Shown: positions 51,110 to 60,883 of the stretch, one piece after another
How the letters are laid out: each line of letters begins with the position of its first letter
How positions within the stretch are numbered: position 1 is the stretch's first letter
NCBI GenBank assembly: GCA_033764315.1
Contig: JANRJA010000018.1
Location: 1-64,000, forward strand
Length of the DNA: 64,000 nt
From: Oculatellaceae cyanobacterium bins.114
GTDB lineage: Bacteria; Cyanobacteriota; Cyanobacteriia; Elainellales; Elainellaceae
Direction: 5' to 3'
The notes under the pieces: generated by a model
The model's input: the letters and a program-made list of their open reading frames with translations, nothing else
Told to the model about the DNA's origin: nothing
Database searches by the model: none
Translations under genes and position numbers: made by a program

Positions 51110-52755
51110 AGCGTTACCACCTCCCGAATCAAGGATGGATAGGACGAAACAGGCGTTATATCGGGCTTGACCCAGACCTGTTCTAATCCGCCACTGAGAA
51201 GCCGATGAGCTTGATTAGCATCGGTTTGAGGATAGTCCGATCGCTTGTGCATCCCCCGTGACTCTTGCCGCTGCAAGGCGGTGGCATACATCCAACGAGC
51301 TGTTGCTAACAGGGCGATCGCCTCCCGTCCTCGAATTTCGTCTGCTTCTGAGATAGAAAGCTGGCACACCTCACGCCACAAGGCATGCAAACGAGCGAGG
51401 GAATCGGTCAGGGTTGCTTCCTGGCGAAACAGGTTGCGATCGTAAGGAAAGACTTCTGCTTGCACCGATCGGATCAATTCTTCTGGCTGCAACACCTTAG
51501 ACGGAGTGGTTTGGGTCGTTTGACTGACTCGATATAGATCGCGAGTAGCAGCTTTAGAACCGAGCGATCGCGCAAACAAAGCAGCCGCCTTACCCGACCA
51601 AACCCCCGACGAAAACGCCCAGGCAACATTCAAACTGCCACCCCCCGACACGCCTCCACAGATCACCTCGCGGCTGGCGGCATCTCCTGCTACATACAGA
51701 CCTGGAATGGACGTAGCGCAGGTTTCGTCGATCACGCGGATGCCTCCGGTGCCCCGAACCGTGCCCTCTAGCCGCAGGGTGATGGCAAACCGTTGGGTAA
51801 AAGGATTAATGCCCGCGCGATCAAACGGCAAGAAAAAGTTAGGCTGAGCCGTTCGCATCATCGCCTGCGTCACATCGTCTGCCTCCAATTGGGCATAGAC
51901 GGGTTGCGAGAGTAACGCACGAGCAATCAAGGGTCTGCCCTTGCCTGCGTTTGCCCCTTCGATCGGGGTGCCATCTTCGTAGGTAAATTTTGCCCATCGA
52001 TAAAAGGCATTTTTGGTGACGGAGGCAAAAGTCGGCACAATGCCGTACACATTTGAGAACTCCATCCCCGACAGATCTGCTCCCGCCTCAGCTGCCATCA
52101 AGTAGCCATCTCCCGTCAGGACGTTGCAGCCTAATGCTTTGCTCAAAAAAGCACAGCCCCCCGATGCAATCACTACAGATCTGGCTTGCACCCGCCAGCG
52201 TTTGCCTAATTGCCGCTGGATTCCGGTTGCCCCTGCGACTACACCATCGGACGTCACTAACAATTCCAAAGCGGGACTGTGATCTAAAATATCGACGCCG
52301 ACTTTGCGGATCTGCTTTCGCATCCGCCGCATATATTCTGGACCCTGGAGCGATCGCCGATAAATCTGCCCCTGATCATCCAGCGGAAAGGGATAGCCCC
52401 ACTGTTCTAGCCAATGAATGCACTCGTAGGTCTGGTCTAACACGCGACTCATCCACTGGCGATCGCACAGTTCACCCCCTAACTCCAATCGTTTGGCGAT
52501 CGCGGCTTCCCGTGCTGCCCTATCCGGAGGAACATACCAGACCGTATTTCCAGAGGGAGCCGCCGCCCCACTGGCACCGCAATATCCCTTATCCACTAAA
52601 ACGACTTGCGCTCCATTAACCGCTGCACTCCAGGCTGCCCAGGTTGCCGCCGGACCTCCACCAATCACCAGGATATCGGCTTGAATCACAACATCGGCAT
52701 GGGTAAGCGTGGACTGATTGAAAGCACGCTGACGATTAACCATCCTAAATTTCAC
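51106..52755 (-). CDS. FAD-dependent oxidoreductase, SdhA/FrdA/AprA family (AsfA-like)
   Basis: VIGGGPAA, DKGYCGASG, IASGG, TGDGYLMA, GLYVAGD, RQESRGMH; start may be ATG 52743. Confidence 0.88.
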   Translation of the reverse strand: MKFRMVNRQRAFNQSTLTHADVVIQADILVIGGGPAATWAAWSAAVNGAQVVLVDKGYCGASGAAAPSGNTVWYVPPDRAAREAAIAKRLELGGELCDRQWMSRVLDQTYECIHWLEQWGYPFPLDDQGQIYRRSLQGPEYMRRMRKQIRKVGVDILDHSPALELLVTSDGVVAGATGIQRQLGKRWRVQARSVVIASGGCAFLSKALGCNVLTGDGYLMAAEAGADLSGMEFSNVYGIVPTFASVTKNAFYRWAKFTYEDGTPIEGANAGKGRPLIARALLSQPVYAQLEADDVTQAMMRTAQPNFFLPFDRAGINPFTQRFAITLRLEGTVRGTGGIRVIDETCATSIPGLYVAGDAASREVICGGVSGGGSLNVAWAFSSGVWSGKAAALFARSLGSKAATRDLYRVSQTTQTTPSKVLQPEELIRSVQAEVFPYDRNLFRQEATLTDSLARLHALWREVCQLSISEADEIRGREAIALLATARWMYATALQRQESRGMHKRSDYPQTDANQAHRLLSGGLEQVWVKPDITPVSSYPSLIREVVTL

Positions 52756-52856
52756 TCACCTGATACATTTGGGGCTATAGCAAATCTTGGCAAAGACAGA
52801 TTGAGCCAGAGTTGATGGACAATGCTTCACCATTACCCGTTGATCAACAGTTCCGG

Positions 52857-53660
52857 TCAAGCTCCCACCAGCGTGCCTGCCAAAGGCTTCGAGGCATCCG
52901 CTTGATCCGCTGTGGGGTCTGTGTTTTCTCGCTGCATCACCCGATCAAGAACCGTTTGGGCGATCGCACTGAAGGCAGGGCTGTTGGGGTGGCGCGGACG
53001 GGGCAATGTCACGGGAACATTGAGGGCGATCGTTCCCTGATCAATCAATACAATGCGATCGGCAAGCAACACCGCTTCTTGAATATCGTGTGTCACCAAA
53101 ACAGCCGTAAACTGCTGCGTCTGCCACAACTGTTCCACCAACCGTTGCATTTCCAGCCGAGTCAGGGCATCCAATGCCCCTAGCGGTTCATCGAGCAACA
53201 GCAACGACGGTTCACTGGCGAGTGCCCTGGCAAGAGAGACTCGTTGCCGTTGACCCCCTGACAAAAACGCCGGATAGTCTCGCAATTTGTCACTCAACCC
53301 CACCTGATGCAGCACTCGTTCTGCTCGTTTGCGCCAATCTTGACGGTGATTTAGCAAGCCCATGCCCACATTTTCGAGAACTCGTCGCCAGGGCAGTAAT
53401 CGTGGCGTTTGAAACATCACTCGTGTGGTTGGTTCCAACGCTTTTAAGGGTTTGCCATTCAGTAACACCTCTCCTTCACAAGGTTGCTCTAACCCAGCTA
53501 ACAATCGCAGCAGCGTGCTTTTGCCACAACCACTGTGTCCCACGATCGCCAAGAACTCTCCTGGCATCACCTCTAACGCCACATCCTGCAAAACCCGATT
53601 GGCTCCATAGGTTTTTGCCAACCTCTGAATGTTGAGGTGGGTTCCATAACCATGCTGCAT
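52857..53660 (-). CDS. ssuB: sulfonate-type ABC transporter ATPase
   Basis: GHSGCGKST, RLLPWRRV, LSGGQRQR, DEPLGALDALTR. Confidence 0.88.
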   Translation of the reverse strand: MQHGYGTHLNIQRLAKTYGANRVLQDVALEVMPGEFLAIVGHSGCGKSTLLRLLAGLEQPCEGEVLLNGKPLKALEPTTRVMFQTPRLLPWRRVLENVGMGLLNHRQDWRKRAERVLHQVGLSDKLRDYPAFLSGGQRQRVSLARALASEPSLLLLDEPLGALDALTRLEMQRLVEQLWQTQQFTAVLVTHDIQEAVLLADRIVLIDQGTIALNVPVTLPRPRHPNSPAFSAIAQTVLDRVMQRENTDPTADQADASKPLAGTLVGA

Positions 53661-53748
53661 AATTCAATTCCTTCCATGCGCGACTGTCTCAACTGCGGCT
53701 TACTCAAAAGATGTAAGGTTTTGAGCAGCATCAAGGGACATCTCAAGG

Positions 53749-53777
53749 TAAACTACGGTATCTCGATCAAGATTTAG
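53749..53777 (-). promoter_or_regulatory. 29-bp candidate operator, copy 1 (upstream of the ssuB operon)
   Basis: Minus strand CTAAATCTTGATCGAGATACCGTAGTTTA; 24/29 identical to copy 2. Confidence 0.6.
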
Positions 53778-53944
53778 ATGATTAATGAGGTGAGTATCAC
53801 ATAGCTCAAACGAAAACGCAAGTAGACGAACAAAGATCCTTTAACAAGCAGTAAAAGCCTTTTTTAAAGCCGTTTTAGGAATGGTGTAATCGAAAAACTT
53901 GCCAGCAAGTGAAGAACTATGAGACACTTCTTTTTCAGAAAATA

Positions 53945-53973
53945 CTAAATCTTGGTCAACTTATCGTAGTTTA
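53945..53973 (+). promoter_or_regulatory. 29-bp candidate operator, copy 2 (upstream of the thioredoxin-family gene)
   Basis: CTAAATCTTGGTCAACTTATCGTAGTTTA, 15 bp before the ATG. Confidence 0.6.
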
Positions 53974-53988
53974 ATTTAGGAGGTTTTT

Positions 53989-54594
53989 ATGCCCAGGACA
54001 GAATCGACTATGCTGCCCTTGGGGACAGTGGCTCCCGCTTTTTCATTACCCAATGTCGCCACCGGAGACCCCGTTTCACTTGACACCTTTGATGGCTCAA
54101 AGGCTTTGCTGGTGGTGTTTGCCAGTCCTCACTGTCCGTTTGTGCAACATGTAAAGTACGAACTTGCCCAATTAGGACACGACTTGATTGAGCAAGGTCT
54201 GGCGATCGTTGGCATTAGCTCGAACGATGTGGCGCAATATCCTGACGACGCCCCAGATCAGATTCAGGCATTTGCTCAAGCCGTAGATTTACCATTTCCG
54301 TTTGTGTTTGATGAGAGTCAAGAGGTCGCCAAAGCTTATCAGGCGGCTTGTACTCCTGACTTTTTTCTGTTTGATGGCGATCGCCGTTTGGTCTATCGGG
54401 GGCAATTAGATAGCAGTCGTCCTGGTAATGAGATTCCGGTTACAGGTCAAGATTTGCGTGAGGCGATCGCGGCTGTTCTCACAGGTCAACCTGTTTCAGC
54501 CGAACAAAAACCCAGCATCGGCTGCAATATTAAATGGAAACCTGGTAATGAGCCTGTGTATTACGGCGCAGCTTCAGCAGTAGCCACAAAGTAG
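53989..54594 (+). CDS. thioredoxin-fold AhpC/TSA-family protein
   Basis: HCPFV, ISSND, AACTPDFFLFD, YRGQLD, SIGCNIKW. Confidence 0.9.
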   Translation: MPRTESTMLPLGTVAPAFSLPNVATGDPVSLDTFDGSKALLVVFASPHCPFVQHVKYELAQLGHDLIEQGLAIVGISSNDVAQYPDDAPDQIQAFAQAVDLPFPFVFDESQEVAKAYQAACTPDFFLFDGDRRLVYRGQLDSSRPGNEIPVTGQDLREAIAAVLTGQPVSAEQKPSIGCNIKWKPGNEPVYYGAASAVATK

Positions 54595-54723
54595 TTAGAA
54601 AGTATCGACGTTAAAAACAGGGTACATCTCTCAGTCCAATTCCTCTGTCAGACAGGCTTTGCTCAACATCTACTCAACATCTATTAGTTCTCATTATTCA
54701 CTACAATCAATATCTAATAAACA

Positions 54724-55389
54724 ATGTCTAACAAAACAATTGGTCTAGATCAGTCGCTCTATAATTACTTGCTATCTGTTTCTCTGCGAGAACCCGAAAT
54801 TCTGTTTCGCCTGCGCGAAGAAACAGCACGTCACCCCAGAGCCAATATGCAAATTGCGCCAGAACAAGGGCAATTTATGGCACTCTTGTTGCAATTGATA
54901 GGGGCAACTAAAACATTAGAGCTAGGAGTCTTTACAGGATACAGTTCTCTGTCAACAGCATTGACATTGCCTGACCACGGCAAGATTGTGGCCTGTGATG
55001 TGAGTGAAGAATTTACCTCAGTCGCTCGTCGTTATTGGCAAGAAGCTGGAGTTGCTCACAAAATTGATTTGCGGTTAGCCCCTGCTTTGTCAACGCTTGA
55101 TCAGCTATTGGCTGAAGGTCAAGCAAACACCTTCGACTTTGCCTTTATTGATGCTGACAAAGAAAACTATCTCCATTACTACGATCGCGTGCTGCAACTG
55201 ATCAGACCAGGGGGATTAATCGCCATCGACAATGTGCTCTGGTCAGGGCGAGTGGTTCAACCGGATGCCAATAATTTAGGCACTACCGTCTTACGCGAAC
55301 TGAATCAAACGTTGCATCAAGATGAGCGTGTGAGTTTGAGCTTAGTGCCGATTGCCGATGGCTTAACTCTTGCTCTCAAGCGGGCTTGA
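54724..55389 (+). CDS. SAM-dependent O-methyltransferase (CCoAOMT-like)
   Basis: MQIAPEQGQF, ELGVFTGYS, FIDADK, IDNVLWSG. Confidence 0.92.
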   Translation: MSNKTIGLDQSLYNYLLSVSLREPEILFRLREETARHPRANMQIAPEQGQFMALLLQLIGATKTLELGVFTGYSSLSTALTLPDHGKIVACDVSEEFTSVARRYWQEAGVAHKIDLRLAPALSTLDQLLAEGQANTFDFAFIDADKENYLHYYDRVLQLIRPGGLIAIDNVLWSGRVVQPDANNLGTTVLRELNQTLHQDERVSLSLVPIADGLTLALKRA

Positions 55390-55582
55390 CCCTCGACGGC
55401 TAAGCTCACCGTTGAAGCTAGAAAATCGACAAATCAGCAATTGAGAACTCAGGAAATCCTGAGTTCTAGGGTTTGTAAAGCTAGTTGAGAATCGGGAACC
55501 CCAGAACAAACCGTTGCATCTATACATTTCTACGCAATAATACTGGGTACATCCCTCTTAACTCAACCACTAGCCAAACCGC

Positions 55583-56230
55583 ATGGAGAATTTGGAGGAA
55601 CAAATTCGTCAGTGGGTGATCGAAGCATGCAAACACCCATCTGGTAGCCCCACTCGCCAACGATATTTGACGAAAGTGATTCGTTATACCACTCACAAGC
55701 TGTGGCGAGAATCTAGTCCCTATTATCAAGATGCGCTGCAACAAACCTGGGTTTATTTTTGCCAAAATGTTTGTGAACGGGGCACAGGAGAACGCTATGA
55801 CCCCGATCGCAGTAGTGTAACAACCTGGCTTAACTCCTATCTCAAGCGGCGATTACAAGATTTCTTTATTGATACTCAAAAACAGCAAGCCCGCAAAGCC
55901 ACAGGGCTAGCTCAATTGTCGCGATCGGGCAACCACGACCTGCTTGACCCACTCGACACCGTTGCGGCTGAGCCAGACGTGCCTCCCATCCTCGACGAAG
56001 TCAGAACCTGGGTTGAGACAGATGCCACTGAGGAACTCCGTCGTGTTTGTATTGAGGGGCATCCTGCGGTCAATTGCCAATTGCTCATTTTGCGTCGCCT
56101 GCCGCCTGAAACCAGTTGGAAAGACCTGGCAAGCGAGTTTGGGTTATCGGTTTCAACCTTGAGTAGTTTTTATCAGAGACAATGTTTGCCACGTTTGCGT
56201 AAATTTGGCGAGTCAGAGGGATATCTGTAA
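55583..56230 (+). CDS. cyanobacterial sigma-70/ECF-like DNA-binding protein
   Basis: YQDALQQTW, YDPDRSSVTTWLN (region-2-like); C-terminal HTH SWKDLASEFGLSVSTLSSFYQR. Confidence 0.78.
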   Translation: MENLEEQIRQWVIEACKHPSGSPTRQRYLTKVIRYTTHKLWRESSPYYQDALQQTWVYFCQNVCERGTGERYDPDRSSVTTWLNSYLKRRLQDFFIDTQKQQARKATGLAQLSRSGNHDLLDPLDTVAAEPDVPPILDEVRTWVETDATEELRRVCIEGHPAVNCQLLILRRLPPETSWKDLASEFGLSVSTLSSFYQRQCLPRLRKFGESEGYL

Positions 56231-56244
56231 AGGAGGGCTTGACT

Positions 56245-57246
56245 ATGACCTACAGTACCCACGACACCGAATCGTTTGCGTTACCATTACCCATCACTCA
56301 ACGCGCTCAGCACTTGGCACAACAATTTGCCAACCAACAGCCGACCCCTCAAAAAGCCGAACAGGTTAGGCTCAACACGCTGGCCGTGATGGTGATTCAC
56401 GATTATTTAGAAATGCTGGGCATTGCCACTGATCCGCTTCAGAGTGATAGCTGGAACCCAGTCATCCGGTTATGTGCAGACGTTGCTGATTTACAAATTG
56501 TGGGCTTAGGTCGTCTGGAATGCCGCCCACTCGCCTCGGCTGAGCCAATCTGCCCCATTCCCCCAGAGGTTTGGGAAGACCGGGTTGGCTATGCCATTGT
56601 ACAAATCGGCCCGCAATCTGAAAACGCTAATTTGTTAGGGTTTGTGCCTACTGTGGCGGATGAGGGATTGCCGTTGAGTCAGTTGCGATCGCCCGAAGAG
56701 TTGCTCGACCACCTCGATCGCCTCTTACACCCTGTCACTCAAACCACCCCGACTCCAGGAGTCACGACATCGCCCGAACGAGCCTTGATTGCCTTGGGTC
56801 AGTGGTTCCAAAATCAGTTCAGCGAAAGCTGGCAAGCCATAGAATCGGTGCTCAATCCTCAAAATCTTACCTCTGCCTATGGCTTTCGGAGTGTCGCCAG
56901 TACAGCCGCAGCCCCGCAAGAGGCTTCTAAAATTGGGCGTGCCAAGCTGATTGATTTAGGAATTCAGTTTAATCGTCAACCCGTTGCTCTGGTCGTCGAA
57001 TTGCAACCTGCCGCAAATCAGACTACTCAAGTGTGCTTGCAAGTACACCCCACGCAAGATCAACCTTACTTACCTGCAAATTTGCGCTTAACCGTTCTTG
57101 ATGAATCAGGAGCAACCTTTTTAGAGGCTGAATCACGAGTAGCAGATAACTATATTCAACTGCAATTTAGCGGAAACTCTGGGGAACGGTTTGGAGTTCA
57201 AATTACCCTGGGTGATAGTAGTGTCTTCGAGGAGTTTATGATCTAG
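56245..57246 (+). CDS. DUF1822-family protein
   Basis: QVRLNTLAV, GRLECRP, DRVGYA, RAKLIDLG, LPANLRLTVLD, NYIQLQFSG..GERF; AGGAGG RBS. Confidence 0.82.
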   Translation: MTYSTHDTESFALPLPITQRAQHLAQQFANQQPTPQKAEQVRLNTLAVMVIHDYLEMLGIATDPLQSDSWNPVIRLCADVADLQIVGLGRLECRPLASAEPICPIPPEVWEDRVGYAIVQIGPQSENANLLGFVPTVADEGLPLSQLRSPEELLDHLDRLLHPVTQTTPTPGVTTSPERALIALGQWFQNQFSESWQAIESVLNPQNLTSAYGFRSVASTAAAPQEASKIGRAKLIDLGIQFNRQPVALVVELQPAANQTTQVCLQVHPTQDQPYLPANLRLTVLDESGATFLEAESRVADNYIQLQFSGNSGERFGVQITLGDSSVFEEFMI

Positions 57247-57377
57247 CCGATGGGGGAGTAGCAGAGACGTGATTAATCGCCTCTCTCCGAGTACAGACGC
57301 GATTGATTGCGCCTGTACGGAATGGGAAATTCCCCATTTCCTTAAGGAAAATGACACGGCATGATGGAGCAGCAGTC

Positions 57378-59747
57378 GTGGGTAAGGTCGTCGTCTTAAA
57401 ATTTGGAGAAGGTCGCTTTCAAGAAGGGTTTCTGGTCACATTGCAGATCGGAGAAGAAGGCGATCGCCCCTCAGTTGAAGTGACTGGCAGATTGCCTGCC
57501 GCTCCTGACCTGCTGCAAATTTATCAACGATGGCAACAGACCTATCGTCGATTGGGGGTGCCTTCTCGCCTCGAAGCCCCTGCTGCTCAAGTGACCAATG
57601 TTGCTCTTTCGGGTGATTGTGAGGAGGCAGCACACCAGTTGCGCGATCGCTTTAGTACCTGGCTGCAAGCCGAGTCATTTCGTCCGATTCGAGAAAAATG
57701 GTTAGAACAGCTCTCCCCCAGTGACGAAATTCGCGTGATCCTCCAGAGTGCTGACCCAGGCTTGCAATCTCTGCCCTGGCATCTGTGGGATTTGTTGGAG
57801 CGTTATTCTAAAGCGGAAGTTGCCCTCAGCATTCCCGCCTATGAACGGGTCAGTCAACCTCGTCTCCCCAGAGGCGTCGTCAGGATCTTAGCCATCTTGG
57901 GGAACAGCACGGGGATTGACGTCCAAGCCGATCGCCGCTTATTAGAGCAGCTCCCGGATGCCGAAATCTCCTTCCTCGTCGAGCCGCAACGCCAAGACTT
58001 AACCGACCGTTTGTGGGAGCAACGCTGGGATATTTTGTTTTTTGCCGGACATAGCGTCACTCAAAAAAATGGTGAGGCAGGACAAATTCACATCAACCCC
58101 ACTGAGAGCCTGACCATTAGTCAACTGCGCTATGCCCTCAAAAAAGCAATGGAACGGGGGTTAAAGTTAGCGATTTTTAACTCCTGCGATGGGTTAGGGT
58201 TAGCCCGCGAACTGGCAGACTTGCATATCCCGCAGTTGGTAGTGATGCGCGAATCAGTGCCTGACCGCGTGGCTCAAGCATTTCTAAAATACTTTTTAGC
58301 CGCTTTTTCTAAAGGGCGATCGCTTTATTTGGCAGTGCGTGAGGGACGCGAACGCTTGCAAGCCCTAGAAGAACAATTTCCTTGTGCCACCTGGCTGCCT
58401 GTAATTTTTCAAAACCCGGCAGAGATGCCCTTTACCTGGCACAGTTTAACCGGAAGGCAGTATTTTGATACAGCGATTCGAGATCTGTTACAGTCACCGC
58501 GATCGCCCCACACATCTCACGGGCAACCCTCTCTCAAGCGATCGCTGATCAGCAGTCTGGTGGCGGCTATCCTCTTGACTGGGATGCGATATCTAGGACT
58601 GTTGCAGGGAATGGAGCTGGCGGTTTTTGACCGGATGTTGAGCTTGCGACCAGACGAAGGCACCGATCCTCGGATTTTGTTGATCACGATTGATGACAAC
58701 GACATTCAGTCTCAACAAGAACGCACAGGCTCTCTCTCAGAGCCAAGCCTACAAGCCCTGCTCGACAAACTAGCACCCCATCACCCACGAGTCATTGGGC
58801 TGGATGTCTACCGCGATTTCTCAGTAGAGCAAGCAGACCTTGCCACTCGCTTGCAACAAACGGAATCTCTCATTGCCATTTGTAAGGCGGGTGATCCAGA
58901 TGGCAACGCCAAAGGCATTGCTCCACCGCCAGAGGTGCCTGCTTCACGGATTGGGTTCAGCGATTTTGTCGAAGATGACGATGGCAGTGTGCGTCGTCAC
59001 CTGCTGTTTATGAGTGCTGATCCAGCTTCACGGTGCACAACCCCCTATGCCTTTAGCACCCAAATTGCCTTTCAATATTTAGTGGCAGAAGGCATCGTTC
59101 CTACCTTTACTCAAGATAAAGATTTGCGGTTTGGCGACACCGTGTTTTACAGCTTGCGATCGCGATCGGGTGGATATCAAGCGATTGACGCGAGAGGGAG
59201 CCAAATTCTGCTCAATTATCGTTCTACCGACCGAATTGCCGCCCAAGTATCGCTCACCCAGGTTTTGCATAACGAGGTTGATCTGAGTGTTGTCCGTGAC
59301 AAAATTGTCCTGATTGGGGTCACAGCTTATAGTGCTGGTGATTATTGGGTCACACCCTATGGCACCAGTTCTGCTGAAAAGCTGTCAGGAGTCGAGGTGC
59401 AAGCTCACATGATTAGCCAGATGTTGAGTGCTGTCTTGGACGATCGCCCCTTATTGTGGGTTTGGAATGTCTGGGTTGACGTGATCTGGATCGGCACTTG
59501 GGCCGTGATCGGTGGCTTGCTAGCTTGGCGGATTCACTCGTTTCCCTACTTGGGGCTAGCGATCGCCATCTTCTCTAGTCTGCTCGGTGGTGTTAGTGTC
59601 GCTGTCCTGATCCACGGCGGATGGCTGCCCGTCGTGCCTGCTATTTTAGCCATGACTGGCAGTGGCATGCTTGTCTTGCTAACTCGCCCAACTGTAGCCC
59701 TAAGTGCGTCTGCCTCGACCTCTGCCCCCACTCAAAAACCTTTCTAA
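57378..59747 (+). CDS. CHAT (caspase/HetF-like) protease domain + TM + CHASE2 sensor + 3 TM
   Basis: FFAGHS and IFNSCDGLG catalytic His/Cys; CHASE2 motifs IGLDVYRD, DDDGSVRR, KIVLIG, GVEVQA; GTG 57378. Confidence 0.88.
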   Translation: MGKVVVLKFGEGRFQEGFLVTLQIGEEGDRPSVEVTGRLPAAPDLLQIYQRWQQTYRRLGVPSRLEAPAAQVTNVALSGDCEEAAHQLRDRFSTWLQAESFRPIREKWLEQLSPSDEIRVILQSADPGLQSLPWHLWDLLERYSKAEVALSIPAYERVSQPRLPRGVVRILAILGNSTGIDVQADRRLLEQLPDAEISFLVEPQRQDLTDRLWEQRWDILFFAGHSVTQKNGEAGQIHINPTESLTISQLRYALKKAMERGLKLAIFNSCDGLGLARELADLHIPQLVVMRESVPDRVAQAFLKYFLAAFSKGRSLYLAVREGRERLQALEEQFPCATWLPVIFQNPAEMPFTWHSLTGRQYFDTAIRDLLQSPRSPHTSHGQPSLKRSLISSLVAAILLTGMRYLGLLQGMELAVFDRMLSLRPDEGTDPRILLITIDDNDIQSQQERTGSLSEPSLQALLDKLAPHHPRVIGLDVYRDFSVEQADLATRLQQTESLIAICKAGDPDGNAKGIAPPPEVPASRIGFSDFVEDDDGSVRRHLLFMSADPASRCTTPYAFSTQIAFQYLVAEGIVPTFTQDKDLRFGDTVFYSLRSRSGGYQAIDARGSQILLNYRSTDRIAAQVSLTQVLHNEVDLSVVRDKIVLIGVTAYSAGDYWVTPYGTSSAEKLSGVEVQAHMISQMLSAVLDDRPLLWVWNVWVDVIWIGTWAVIGGLLAWRIHSFPYLGLAIAIFSSLLGGVSVAVLIHGGWLPVVPAILAMTGSGMLVLLTRPTVALSASASTSAPTQKPF

Positions 59748-59752
59748 CTGTT

Positions 59753-60571
59753 ATGAAATATCGCGCGGCGATCGCCCTTATCCTGCTCAGTTTAATGCCC
59801 GTCACAGCCCCTGTTTTGGCATATCCGACCTTGGCTCAATCCCTTCTAAAACAAACCCCTCCTCCGCCGCCTGATCGGGGTGCTCCGGGCGATCGCCTGC
59901 GAGGTGGAGCCGTCTGGTACACTCCCCCTGCACCCCCTGACCGAGGTATGCCAGAAGGACGCACGAGAGGCGGAGCCAGTCGGGGCAATTGCCCACCCTC
60001 TGTTCAATCATTGACAGCCCTTGCCCCCTCTACCCCAGTCAATACCCCGGTCACTCGAAATTCAGTTTGGGGCTTAACCACCGTTGAGCATCCTACCTTT
60101 TGGTTCTACGTTCCCTATGCAGCCACTCCTGACTTGCCTATGGAGTTTGTTTTGCTAGACGAACAAGACACCCTGATTTATCAGACTGATTTAACCGTGA
60201 CCAGCCCTGCGGGAGTGATTAACATTACCCTGCCCCCTACTGCGCCACCCCTAGAAGTCGGCAAAATGTATCGCTGGTATTTTCTGGTTTACTGTAGTCC
60301 CGAAAATCCCATCTTCACGCAAGGTGGCATTCAGCGCATGACTCCCACCCCAGAATTGGCGACTGCTTTACTGCAAGCTGACCCACGAGAGCAGGCAGCC
60401 CTCTATGCCTCTAATGGCGTCTGGTTTGATGCCCTCACCACAATGGCAAGACTACGACAGGCAGAACCCAACAATCCGGCGATCGCCACTGACTGGACAA
60501 GCCTACTGCAATCAGGGGGCTTAGAGGATGTCGCCCGACAACCTTTTGCCCCCTGTTGCACTCCTCACTAG
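59753..60571 (+). CDS. DUF928-family secreted protein
   Basis: Signal peptide; RGGASRG.C, PTFWFYVPY, LEVGKMYRW, YASNGVWFDAL, WTSLLQS. Confidence 0.85.
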   Translation: MKYRAAIALILLSLMPVTAPVLAYPTLAQSLLKQTPPPPPDRGAPGDRLRGGAVWYTPPAPPDRGMPEGRTRGGASRGNCPPSVQSLTALAPSTPVNTPVTRNSVWGLTTVEHPTFWFYVPYAATPDLPMEFVLLDEQDTLIYQTDLTVTSPAGVINITLPPTAPPLEVGKMYRWYFLVYCSPENPIFTQGGIQRMTPTPELATALLQADPREQAALYASNGVWFDALTTMARLRQAEPNNPAIATDWTSLLQSGGLEDVARQPFAPCCTPH

Positions 60572-60883
60572 GGCAGAGAGCAGGGACTCAACACAGCTAC
60601 TAACCCGACATCTCGGCATCAGCATAGCCAGATGCAAGCAGAAGAGCAGCAATTGCCAGTTTGAAAATCGGTTTGTTAGACCTGAGACAGACTTGCGCAA
60701 CCCCCGGTATGTTGAGAGAGTGGTAGACCGTGAACCCCACCTAAATCGTGAGCAGGTAAGCAGGGTGCTAGCCGCAAATCATCGGTGCTGCATAGCGCAA
60801 AGTTATCAATTGGCATCCAAGATAAAGTTGCTATGTATCTCCTTAGGAACCAGAAAATAGGCGGAAAGATTCTTGCTATTTAG

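Noticed and set aside
60598..60681. Extra attC-like site (TACTAAC...GTTAGAC)
   Set aside because: Arms pair poorly and its R' is not complementary to the next R''; at most a decayed remnant.
60528..60860. 110-aa ORF after DUF928
   Set aside because: Overlaps the DUF928 stop, no RBS or motif recognised; may be decayed cassette DNA.
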